Origin: an uncultured Candidatus Sumerlaeota bacterium | Lineage (GTDB): Bacteria > CAYMEV01 | DNA length: 64,000 nt | NCBI GenBank assembly: GCA_964389675.1 | Contig: CAYMEV010000018.1 | Span: forward strand, 1 to 64,000 | Reading direction: 5' to 3' | In this document: piece by piece, positions 29,746 to 39,707 of the stretch | Layout of the letters: every line of letters begins with the position of its first letter | How positions within the stretch are numbered: the first letter of the stretch is position 1 | Translations under genes and position numbers: made by a program | Notes under the pieces: model-generated | Told to the model about the DNA's origin: nothing | Database searches by the model: none | The model's input: only the letters and a program-made list of their open reading frames with translations

Positions 29746-31854
29746 TCAATTCACCTTGGATAATTCAAATATTCTTGCCCTGAGCCCTGCCTGGGGATAA
29801 AAAGGAGGCGTCATGATCCTGAACCTCAGGTCATAATACCAGCTGTGGGTCATACCCTGAAGGTATGTAGAACTCATTGTCCCGAAGGCTGTCCTGTTGT
29901 TTGCAGCATAGGAACCCCTTAAAAAGAACCTGCCCTTCTGGTTGGTCCCGTCAATAGGGTCAGGGTTGTTTATTGAAGTAGGCAGGTTTGAAGACGGTGT
30001 GCCGAAGTTCTTGAAATATATCATATTTCCCATGGAACCGTGTGTCCTGTTGCTGGAACCGCCTGACTGGGAAAGCCCGGTGCATATGATCCCGGCATCT
30101 ACATAGAAGGGCGTGTCAAAATTCCTTGTAGATCCGTCCTCCGGATCATAGAAGAATGGGAATATTGCCACATTCCTTGCGACAATACCGTTCACATAGC
30201 TTATCTGAGAATAGTCATAGGGTGTAAAATCAGGGCTCAATGGTATCTGATAGTCCTTGAATACAAAATTGTCTGTTATTACTACATCCATGGATGTATA
30301 TATGGTCATCCTGCCGTAAGTCTCGCCTGAAAGCCCCCTTATGCTCCTGTCTATTGCCCAGTCACGCTTATCATGCTCTGAGGAAAGAGTGATACCCTGC
30401 CCCTTTTGAGACAGCCAGAACTTATCCGTATTTCCATTGTCAACCCAGCCGATATTACCGTCAACATAGATGCCGAGGCCCTCGTCATTGAACGGCCCTT
30501 CATAAATATCCTCCATCTGGCCTGAACCGCGGAAGACAGGGACCTGCTCTACATTGGAGATCTCATTGTTATGGTCATATGTGAGCCGGTAAAATCTCCT
30601 TGTCATCCTCTCTATATCCCCGCTTTCATTCCTCTCTATATCTATGGTCCATCGGAAGAGAAGGTTTCTAGCGCCTATTGCCGCCTGGTATGGAGGCTGT
30701 TCAATAGTGATGTGGTTGTTGTAGACCCTGTTTCCGTTAGGGTCTATGAGCCCCGAGTCAAGGGCCTCAAAGTCCATGGATACATCGCCGTAGATGAATA
30801 TTCCCCCTTCAGGCCTGGAAGCGTCAGGAATAACAACGCATTCAGGATTGTGGTCCGGAGCCGGCTGATAGCCTCCGTTCGGGTTCTGTGGAGGATTTGA
30901 TTCAGGGTCCCCGTTCCATATCTGGTTCCTTATTGCTTCTGTATCATCCCTTGTGGGGAATTCTACGTATTCAGGATTGTTGTTTATCTGGTTCCATCCC
31001 CCGTATGTCGTCCTGAGGTCTTCATCAGCCCAGCCTGCCACGCCGAACCATCCCTCATTTACATTGCCAGAAGAGCCCCAGAGATACTGCCTGTATTCTT
31101 CGTCATAATCCCATCGGGCAAGCGGGCTTGAACCCCACCTGAAGGTATTGTTGAAACTTCCGCCTGCAACAACGCTCAGATTCGGCGTCCTTCCGTAATC
31201 CCAGGATACGAAGATCGGGTCTTCAGGGTCAAAATACCACCCTGATGTATTGTAAAGGTTGGTGGTCTCATTGAAATGGACAGGCCCGTGAAGCCTTGTC
31301 CCTCTTCCAACCCTGTCATTTGTTCCTATCCACCATATATCCTTGGGATGAGTGTTTAAGAAATAGACCCACCTTGTGAATGTATCTGCCTCTACCCTGA
31401 GGCGCATTCTCATCAGCACCTCGTTTGACATGCCTCCCTGTGGTCCTGCTGACCTTCCTGCTATCATTACCTCGAAATCCTGCGGGACAACATTGGGGCC
31501 GTGACTGCCTTCAAGGCGCTCGATCGATAGAACCTCAAACTCGCCTATGACTGCAGGATTGCCATCTGTACCAGTAACAGATATCGGGTATGGAGACTGC
31601 AGCTCTGCAGGAAGGTTCTCAAATTCCTCTCCCGCAGGCCACGGCGGAGTCCTGCTTATTGTCTGGAAGAAGGCTGATACCATGTTCGCCCCGGTAAGGG
31701 CATTGACATAAGCTATTCCTGTATCCGTATGGCTCGAAGTCCTTTGTATTCCTGTTGAAGAAAGATAAAGTATTCCAACTGACATTACTGCAAAGAGCAG
31801 AAGTACCATAAGTACAGTAACCAGCATAAAGCCTTTTTTATAACGACTAACCAT
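29746..31854 (-). CDS. Large PilX-like minor pilin (DUF4900-like), copy 2
   Basis: KKG|FMLVTVLMVL without Glu5; LHGPVHFN; ends YYDLRF...PPFYP; shares motifs with copy 1. Confidence 0.75.
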   Translation of the reverse strand: MVSRYKKGFMLVTVLMVLLLFAVMSVGILYLSSTGIQRTSSHTDTGIAYVNALTGANMVSAFFQTISRTPPWPAGEEFENLPAELQSPYPISVTGTDGNPAVIGEFEVLSIERLEGSHGPNVVPQDFEVMIAGRSAGPQGGMSNEVLMRMRLRVEADTFTRWVYFLNTHPKDIWWIGTNDRVGRGTRLHGPVHFNETTNLYNTSGWYFDPEDPIFVSWDYGRTPNLSVVAGGSFNNTFRWGSSPLARWDYDEEYRQYLWGSSGNVNEGWFGVAGWADEDLRTTYGGWNQINNNPEYVEFPTRDDTEAIRNQIWNGDPESNPPQNPNGGYQPAPDHNPECVVIPDASRPEGGIFIYGDVSMDFEALDSGLIDPNGNRVYNNHITIEQPPYQAAIGARNLLFRWTIDIERNESGDIERMTRRFYRLTYDHNNEISNVEQVPVFRGSGQMEDIYEGPFNDEGLGIYVDGNIGWVDNGNTDKFWLSQKGQGITLSSEHDKRDWAIDRSIRGLSGETYGRMTIYTSMDVVITDNFVFKDYQIPLSPDFTPYDYSQISYVNGIVARNVAIFPFFYDPEDGSTRNFDTPFYVDAGIICTGLSQSGGSSNRTHGSMGNMIYFKNFGTPSSNLPTSINNPDPIDGTNQKGRFFLRGSYAANNRTAFGTMSSTYLQGMTHSWYYDLRFRIMTPPFYPQAGLRARIFELSKVN

Positions 31855-31893
31855 AAATAAAATAACCCCCTATGGTTTTTGGATATGGTATAA

Positions 31894-32385
31894 CTATACC
31901 CCGAGGTATACAGATTTATTCAGGTCAATAACCGCCGGCATGGACATTGTCCTCTGCCTGCCTGTGGTATCAGTCCACCTGACGGTAACCACGACCCTGA
32001 CCCTCGGGCCATATTCCGGGTCTTCAGGCATACGGTTCACCAGTATCTGCCTTTCAAAGTTCTGATAACGGGGTATAAGGGGATTTCCGGGATCATCATA
32101 TCCTGCAACATTGGGCACTACATGGTTTGCAAGCTCTCGTATGGGCTGGAAGGTATTCATTATGGCATTACTTGCGAGGGCTGTCTGCACAGGGTTGGAC
32201 GGCTGATTTAAGAGCTCTATCGTGCCTGTAAGTATCTCTGAGGCTATGAGAAGATCCTGAGATGTCTCAACATTCTTGACTGAAAGGGGAAATATATTCG
32301 ATATTGCCAGTATGCCTATGGTAAACAGCAAAAGGGCTATCAGAACTTCAACAAGCCCGAAGCCTCCTGTTTTATTCCGTTTCAT
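31894..32385 (-). CDS. Type IV minor pilin, PilV-like (copy 2)
   Basis: TGG|FGLVEVLIALLLF and VTVRWTD; start set at ATG 32385 behind RBS aaggag. Confidence 0.8.
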   Translation of the reverse strand: MKRNKTGGFGLVEVLIALLLFTIGILAISNIFPLSVKNVETSQDLLIASEILTGTIELLNQPSNPVQTALASNAIMNTFQPIRELANHVVPNVAGYDDPGNPLIPRYQNFERQILVNRMPEDPEYGPRVRVVVTVRWTDTTGRQRTMSMPAVIDLNKSVYLGV

Positions 32386-32423
32386 ATACCATTCTCCTTT
32401 CATATAGAACATCTCCATTTAAA

Positions 32424-32452
32424 AATATACTCATTGTTTTTTTCATAGTCAA
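32424..32452 (-). promoter_or_regulatory. Sigma70-type promoter for pilV2-pilX2-orf
   Basis: Minus strand TTGACT-17 nt-TATATT. Confidence 0.55.
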
Positions 32453-32522
32453 TACTTAATTAAAAATTTATTGAAAAAATTCTCTGAAATGATAGAATTT
32501 ATATAAATAAGGATAAAAATAT

Positions 32523-33380
32523 ATGAACCTTAAGATCCTGCACCTCTCAGACAGCCATATTTTCTCATTATCAGGCAATATGAACGACATCATGAACACT
32601 GAGAAAAACATCATGAAGCCATACTATAATATCTCAAAACGTGTAAGGATCTTCCTCACGAAGAAGGAGAAGAACCATAATCTCTTTACTCTGCAGGATG
32701 CTCTCAAAGGGCAGGATTACCATCATCTTATCTTTACCGGGGACCTTACCCAGACAAGCAATTTTGACGAATTCATAATAGGAAGGAACGCTCTATATTC
32801 ACTGAGGGAAACCCTGAACTCAAGGTTCAGCATAATCCCCGGGAACCATGATAATCTTCCCAATAAAGACAGGATAAATTTTTACAGCTTTTTCAATGTC
32901 CCTCAGAAGAATTATATCCAGGTTTTCAGGGAATCAGGCTACTGCATTATAGGATTTGATTCGACATCCTTCCTCTACGGGCTTAAGAATCCCCTGTCTG
33001 CCATAGAATATGTCACCCTTTCAGCAAAGGGGGAAGTGACCAAAAATCAGCTCAAATGGCTCAGGGCAACTCTTCAGAATCCTCAATTAAAAAACCTGTA
33101 CAAGATAATATTGCTCCACCACCATCCGATCACACATAATAATGACAGTTTTATCAGAAACCTGGCTCTTCCGAGAATAAGAAACTCTAGAAGCTTTCTT
33201 TCATTCCTCCGGGAAATGGGGGTCAACCTTGTGCTCTATGGCCATAAGCATCCCAGGACTTCATGCTACAGGAAGATCGACGGCATACACTTCGTTTTGG
33301 CCCCGAGCATTAGGGATGGCCTGTACAACTCTATCGAACTCAAGGGAAGCGATATAGATATCAGGACCTGTTCTGTTTAG
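32523..33380 (+). CDS. Calcineurin-like metallophosphoesterase (Icc/CpdA-like)
   Basis: HLSDSH, TGDLT, PGNHD, LHHHP, YGHKH. Confidence 0.9.
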   Translation: MNLKILHLSDSHIFSLSGNMNDIMNTEKNIMKPYYNISKRVRIFLTKKEKNHNLFTLQDALKGQDYHHLIFTGDLTQTSNFDEFIIGRNALYSLRETLNSRFSIIPGNHDNLPNKDRINFYSFFNVPQKNYIQVFRESGYCIIGFDSTSFLYGLKNPLSAIEYVTLSAKGEVTKNQLKWLRATLQNPQLKNLYKIILLHHHPITHNNDSFIRNLALPRIRNSRSFLSFLREMGVNLVLYGHKHPRTSCYRKIDGIHFVLAPSIRDGLYNSIELKGSDIDIRTCSV

Positions 33381-33397
33381 GAAATATTTTTTTAAAC

Positions 33398-33411
33398 GGG
33401 GGGGGGGGGGG
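33398..33411. repeat. G14 homopolymer tract
   Basis: 14 consecutive G directly abutting a hairpin. Confidence 0.9.
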
Positions 33412-33445
33412 ATTCAGGCCGGGGATTATTAACCGGCCTGAATCC
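33410..33445. terminator. Terminator-like hairpin between convergent genes
   Basis: ggattcaggccgg-(10 nt)-ccggcctgaatcc, a perfect 13-bp stem. Confidence 0.8.
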
Positions 33446-33480
33446 TTTAATAAGTATCTGCTTTATATTTTATATTTTGC

Positions 33481-34683
33481 CTATAGCTGGTTGGTTTCTG
33501 CCTGTTCCCTTCTTAGCCTTTCCTCTTCCTCAAGCCTCCTGATCTCTTCTTCTTCAGCCTTTTTCTGCTCATCCTGATCGATCTGTTTTTTTACTATTTC
33601 GAGGGCTTCCTGTGCAGCACTATAGCCTGGCCTCAGCTTCAGGGCAGTTTCATATGCTGACCTGGCCTCAGGCCTTTTTTCCTGCTTATTGAGGGTAAGG
33701 CCCAGATAGTAGTATGCTTCAGCATCGGTCTTGTCCTTCTGTATCGATGTATTTAATGCACTCTCGGCATTCTCATAACTCTCGGAGTTGAAATAGGCTA
33801 TCCCGAGGAATTTATGGGCTTCTGCCTGCTTGTCGGTGTTTGCAGAAATAGCTTTTTTAAGGCTGTCTATTGCCATCTTATTGTCCCCTGCATTTATATA
33901 TGACCTTGCAAGGAACATGTTTGCATCATCATTAAGCTTGGAGGGCTTTGGAGTATCCACCAGTTTCTTTGCTATTGAGACAGCAAGATTGGAATCCTGT
34001 GTTCCAATGGCAGCTGACCAGTATTCTATCAATGAATAGAAGTCTTTTTCCTCAAGCTTGGCAAGCTCCATTATGCCGGAATTTTTGAAGTAACTGAGCG
34101 CTTCTGCGTTCTTGTTCAGTTTTGATGCAGATTTTGCAAGCAGAAGGTCAAGTTCGGTCTGCCTTACACCTTCTTTATACGGCTCAGCAAGCAGGTCATA
34201 GGTTGCTTTATAATCCTTTTTTGTAAAATAGTATATCTCACCAAGGGCAACCAGGGTTTTTGCATAACGGGGCTTAGTCCTGGGGTCTTTGCTTCCCTTC
34301 AGCTTTCCTAATGCTGTTTTGTATTCATTTACAGCCTTGTCGACAGCCTTTGTCTGCATATAGATAATTCCCAGCTCAATATTATGAGCGTATTGACCAA
34401 AAAACCTGTCATCCCTTTCTGAGATCTTTGCTGCCTCTTCCAGGGCTACAACAGCTTCATCAGTATTGCCTTTCATCCTGTAGGCTATACCCAGATTGAG
34501 ATATGCGAAATAGAAATTCGGGTCAAGGGTCAGCACATCCCTGAATTTTGTTATTGCTGTATCAAAATCATTCTTCCTGAGGGCGGCATTGCCCTCCCTG
34601 TAGATCAGAGCTGCATCCTGAGAATAGATGACCGATGAGAATACAGCCACGACCATAATAAATACCAGCATAGTCTTTTTCAT
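33481..34683 (-). CDS. Exported tetratricopeptide-repeat protein
   Basis: Signal peptide, AYLNLGIAY, AHKFLGIAY and AYYYLGLTL TPR units; charged C-terminal coiled coil. Confidence 0.88.
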   Translation of the reverse strand: MKKTMLVFIMVVAVFSSVIYSQDAALIYREGNAALRKNDFDTAITKFRDVLTLDPNFYFAYLNLGIAYRMKGNTDEAVVALEEAAKISERDDRFFGQYAHNIELGIIYMQTKAVDKAVNEYKTALGKLKGSKDPRTKPRYAKTLVALGEIYYFTKKDYKATYDLLAEPYKEGVRQTELDLLLAKSASKLNKNAEALSYFKNSGIMELAKLEEKDFYSLIEYWSAAIGTQDSNLAVSIAKKLVDTPKPSKLNDDANMFLARSYINAGDNKMAIDSLKKAISANTDKQAEAHKFLGIAYFNSESYENAESALNTSIQKDKTDAEAYYYLGLTLNKQEKRPEARSAYETALKLRPGYSAAQEALEIVKKQIDQDEQKKAEEEEIRRLEEEERLRREQAETNQL

Positions 34684-34846
34684 AAATCAAGCTCCTTAGC
34701 ATATATTTTGCAAAAGCAAAATCTTTTGAATTTTATTCTTTTATCAAAGTTAGACCGGCTTGTCAATAATTTTTATTCCCTGTTATATTTGACAAAATGC
34801 TTAAGCAAAATGTTTATTTTTGTTTTTATTTTTGTTTTTATTTTAA

Positions 34847-35989
<1,143 letters not shown>

Positions 35990-35995
35990 TATATC

Positions 35996-36024
35996 TTGAC
36001 TCGATCTTATCCCTGATACATAAT
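35996..36024 (+). promoter_or_regulatory. Sigma70-type promoter upstream of yajC
   Basis: TTGACT-17 nt-CATAAT. Confidence 0.6.
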
Positions 36025-36160
36025 AGCAGTTCAAATTTACTATGGATTTTGCTTTTGCTGTTTGCTGACAACTTTGTCATTAAGAAAATTCTTTACAAAA
36101 TCCTGAATTTTCATACAAACTATAAAATCCATAAATCTAAAGATATAAGGAGGGTCAATA

Positions 36161-36457
36161 ATGGGCGACATGGGTAATTTCCTCGGCAGTCCTATTATAA
36201 TGCTTGTAGTCATCTTTGCATTGTTCTATTTTCTTATAATCCTGCCTCAGAAGAGAAAGCAGAGGGAAATGAAGGATATGCTGGAAAGCCTTAAGAAGGG
36301 AGACAAGGTTATCACACAGGGGGGGATCGTAGGAACTATTTCATCAATTACAGATGAAGAGGTTCAGCTTAAGGTATCAGAAAATGTCAAGATTACATTC
36401 CTTAAAAATGCAATACTGGCAAAGAAACCAGACCAAACGCAAAATAAACAATCATAA
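36161..36457 (+). CDS. yajC: Preprotein translocase subunit YajC
   Basis: FYFLIILPQKRK, LKKGDKVITQGGIVG; tgt-yajC-secD-secF synteny. Confidence 0.96.
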   Translation: MGDMGNFLGSPIIMLVVIFALFYFLIILPQKRKQREMKDMLESLKKGDKVITQGGIVGTISSITDEEVQLKVSENVKITFLKNAILAKKPDQTQNKQS

Positions 36458-36469
36458 GGAGAGGCTACT

Positions 36470-38395
36470 GTGGATATTTACAATCTGAAATTAAGGATTC
36501 CTGTTGTAATATTGAGTATTCTTGCAGTAATTCTTTTCTGCATACCATCTCTCAATATCTATCCATACTTCCCTCCGTTTCTGCAGGAATACCTTCCGGA
36601 GGATGCCGTCACATTTGAGGCATATGAGGACAGCAGCACTATTTTCTTTAACATTGACAAGGCCGTTCCCCTTCCTGAAGGAACAACCAATCTGAATGCC
36701 CTGGCAACCGCATCGACATCGATCAAGAATGCAGCAAAAAGCAGGCTGAAGCTTTCGCCTGGAGAATACAGCGTTAATGTCAGCGACGACAGGACCAGCC
36801 TCCTTTTTACCCTTAACAGGGTTATAACAGAAGGGGATGTCAGGAATTATGTGGACAATCTTCACCTCTACGGGAGCCTGCCTCTGTTTATACAGAAGAT
36901 CCTTCCCTATAAAAAGGTGAACCTGGGACTGGATCTCCAGGGTGGGGTCCACCTTGTGCTTCAGGTTGATACTGAACAGGCTGTAAACATCCAGATTGAA
37001 AACCTTCTGAATGATATAAGGAGAAGGCTTTCAGAGAAGAAGATAGATTTTATAAATATCAGGAGGAGCGGAAGGCGCATTTTTGTCGTGAAGCTTCTGA
37101 CTCCGGACCAGAACGAGATAGTGAAGACTATCCTTGCTGATGATTTTCCCGATACTGAGATCAGGGAGGAAGAGACTGCAAAGGACGACGAGGTCATATT
37201 CAGGATAAAAGAAGCAACCATAGTTTCCAAAGAGGATTATGCAGTTGACCAGGCCCTGAAGACCATAAGGAACAGGGTTGATGAGTTCGGGGTTGCAGAA
37301 CCGCAGATACAGAGACAGGGCTTCCGCGGAGACAAAATAATACTCCAGCTCCCTGGAATTGAGGATTATGAAAGGGCTGCAAGAATAATACAGGAAATGG
37401 CCCACCTTGAATTCAGGCTTGTTGAGGACCAGGGCGACAATGTGCAGGAGATCCTGTCGCGCCATGACAACAAGGTCCCTGAGGACATGGAGATCCTCAA
37501 TCAGATAAAGACTGACAGCGCAGGCCAGGAAATAGTGCATTACTATCTGGTAAGAAAGGAATCGCCTGTAACGGGTGAAGATCTGATCAATGCGCTTCCG
37601 ACACGGGGCGAATTAGGCCAGTGGGTTGTCAGTTTCGAGCTTTCTCCGTCAGGGGGAAGAAAATTCGGTCAGCTTACAGGCGAGAACATAGACAGACCAT
37701 TGGCAATTGTTCTTGACGGAAAGGTTCAGTCCGCACCTGTAATAAGGGCAAGAATTGATGCAAGGGGACAGATCGAAGGCAATTTCGGCGAACAGGAAGC
37801 AAAGGACCTTGCACTTATATTAAGGGCCGGCGCCCTTCCGGCACCGATCAAGATCCTGGAGAACAGGACGGTAGGCCCTTCCCTCGGAAGGGATTCGATA
37901 CGGCTTGGTGTCCGCTCATCGCTTATTGGAGGCCTTCTGGTCCTCATATTTATGCTAATCTATTATAAAGTAAGCGGATTTATAGCTGACTTCGCCCTGA
38001 TAGTCAACCTGCTTATAATAACCGCGGTACTTGCCCTTTTCGGAGCTACCCTTACTCTGCCGGGCATTGCAGGCATCATTCTAACTATAGGAATGTCTGT
38101 CGATGCCAATGTCCTGATATTTGAAAGGATAAAGGAAGAGCTCAGGCTGGGAAGAAGTATCGCAAAAGCGGTTGAGATAGGGTTTGCAAAGGCTGTCGTG
38201 ACTATAGTCGATGCTAATGTAACTACACTGATAGCTGCATTTGCGCTTTACCAGTTCGGAACGGGGCCAATTCAGGGATTTGCTGTAACACTGTTCATAG
38301 GCATACTCTCAAGCATGTTTACTGCAATATTCGTGTCCAGGACAATCTTCTACTTTATCCTGGCAAAATTCCAGCCTAAATCCCTCAGTATATAA
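36470..38395 (+). CDS. secD: Protein translocase subunit SecD
   Basis: LGLDLQGG, RNRVDEFGVAEP, LRAGALPAP, VGPSLG, DANVLIFERIKEE. Confidence 0.97.
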   Translation: MDIYNLKLRIPVVILSILAVILFCIPSLNIYPYFPPFLQEYLPEDAVTFEAYEDSSTIFFNIDKAVPLPEGTTNLNALATASTSIKNAAKSRLKLSPGEYSVNVSDDRTSLLFTLNRVITEGDVRNYVDNLHLYGSLPLFIQKILPYKKVNLGLDLQGGVHLVLQVDTEQAVNIQIENLLNDIRRRLSEKKIDFINIRRSGRRIFVVKLLTPDQNEIVKTILADDFPDTEIREEETAKDDEVIFRIKEATIVSKEDYAVDQALKTIRNRVDEFGVAEPQIQRQGFRGDKIILQLPGIEDYERAARIIQEMAHLEFRLVEDQGDNVQEILSRHDNKVPEDMEILNQIKTDSAGQEIVHYYLVRKESPVTGEDLINALPTRGELGQWVVSFELSPSGGRKFGQLTGENIDRPLAIVLDGKVQSAPVIRARIDARGQIEGNFGEQEAKDLALILRAGALPAPIKILENRTVGPSLGRDSIRLGVRSSLIGGLLVLIFMLIYYKVSGFIADFALIVNLLIITAVLALFGATLTLPGIAGIILTIGMSVDANVLIFERIKEELRLGRSIAKAVEIGFAKAVVTIVDANVTTLIAAFALYQFGTGPIQGFAVTLFIGILSSMFTAIFVSRTIFYFILAKFQPKSLSI

Positions 38396-38406
38396 AGGAG
38401 TTCAGA

Positions 38407-39567
38407 ATGAGCAGGAAAAATATTGATTTCATATCCAAAAGATTTTATGCGATAACAATATCTCTAATTATTATCTTTGCCGGGCTGGTCACCTTCATCA
38501 TAAAGGACGGATTCAGGTATGGCATTGACTTTGAAGGCGGTACGCTGGTTCAGCTAAGGTTCAGCAACAAGGTTGAGGTTGTCAGGATAAGAGAGATCCT
38601 CTCCACCATAGGATTTGGCGATGCAAGCATACAGAGCCTTTCTGAAGCATACGGGACGACATTCTCATCGACGGAGGATGAACCGGACCTTGAAGTATAC
38701 AATGATATTGTAATAAGGACAAAATCAGATGAGTCCAAGATCATCAATGAACTCTCACAGAAATTAAATGAACGCTTTGAAAACAGCCTGCTTATCACAC
38801 CTGATAAGGAGAACCCGAATATTCTGGTTATACAGTCATCAGAGACTGTGGACTTTGATAGGCTGAACGGTGTTGTTGAGGAGCTTGGTTTTGAAGAATC
38901 CCTCGCACTTACAGATCTTCAGAATATTTTCAATCTTGATATTGAAAAGAAGCTCGGGGAGGTGTCGAAGGAGATCGTTGATTCGCTGAGGCAGAACCTT
39001 TCTGAGATAGATGTAGAAATAGTCTCAATACAGATGGTAGGGCCCCAGGTGGGAAAAGACCTCAGGTCACAGGCATTCAAGGCTATTTTATGGGTTTTCA
39101 TAGGCATTCTCGCCTATATTACATGGAGGTTCAAGTTCAAGTTTGCAGTCAGCTCAATAGTTGCCCTCATACATGATGTTCTTATTACATTAAGCGTATT
39201 CCTGTTTTTCCAGAAAGAGATAAACCTGAATATAATTGCAGCAGTACTGACAATAATCGGTTATTCCCTTAATGATACAATTGTCGTTTTTGACAGGATC
39301 AGGGAAAACCTGAAATTCAACAGGAAAAGCAGTCTTTTAGATATAATAAACAACAGCATTAACCAGACGCTTTCCAGGACACTTCTGACAAGTTTGACAA
39401 CCCTGATGGTAGTGCTTATACTTTTCCTTTTCGGCGGCGATGTCATACACAATTTTGCTTTTGCACTGCTGATAGGAATAATGGTAGGGACATACTCATC
39501 CATTTTTGTCGCTGCTCCAGTCTATTATGACTGGGAAGAGACATTTTCCAAAAAAAAGAAGGCTTAA
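38407..39567 (+). CDS. secF: Protein translocase subunit SecF
   Basis: GIDFEGGT, VGPQVG, HDV, GYSLNDTIVVFDRIREN, GTYSSIFVA. Confidence 0.97.
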   Translation: MSRKNIDFISKRFYAITISLIIIFAGLVTFIIKDGFRYGIDFEGGTLVQLRFSNKVEVVRIREILSTIGFGDASIQSLSEAYGTTFSSTEDEPDLEVYNDIVIRTKSDESKIINELSQKLNERFENSLLITPDKENPNILVIQSSETVDFDRLNGVVEELGFEESLALTDLQNIFNLDIEKKLGEVSKEIVDSLRQNLSEIDVEIVSIQMVGPQVGKDLRSQAFKAILWVFIGILAYITWRFKFKFAVSSIVALIHDVLITLSVFLFFQKEINLNIIAAVLTIIGYSLNDTIVVFDRIRENLKFNRKSSLLDIINNSINQTLSRTLLTSLTTLMVVLILFLFGGDVIHNFAFALLIGIMVGTYSSIFVAAPVYYDWEETFSKKKKA

Positions 39568-39580
39568 CTTTCAGATTTAA

Positions 39581-39619
39581 GCAGGTGCAGTAAACCTTTA
39601 CACTGCACCTGCCTTTTTT
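39581..39619 (+). terminator. Rho-independent terminator after secF
   Basis: gcaggtgcagt-loop-actgcacctgc followed by ctttttt. Confidence 0.85.
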
Positions 39620-39707
39620 AATTTTGAATTGAAAAAACCTGAATTAGGGATATAATTTATATTATAGCCGGCATATATGCCGCTATTTTATTATCTGGAG
39701 GGCATTA

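Noticed and set aside
23700-32450. Shufflon or invertible-DNA explanation for the opposite orientation of the pilW genes
   Set aside because: No recombinase in the window and no inverted repeats seen at the cassette boundaries. Each unit has its own RBS, and identity between copies is limited to short coding stretches.
34805-34846. T-rich tandem repeat (tttttgtttttat) upstream of tgt
   Set aside because: Low-complexity AT-rich promoter sequence with about two units; not an array.
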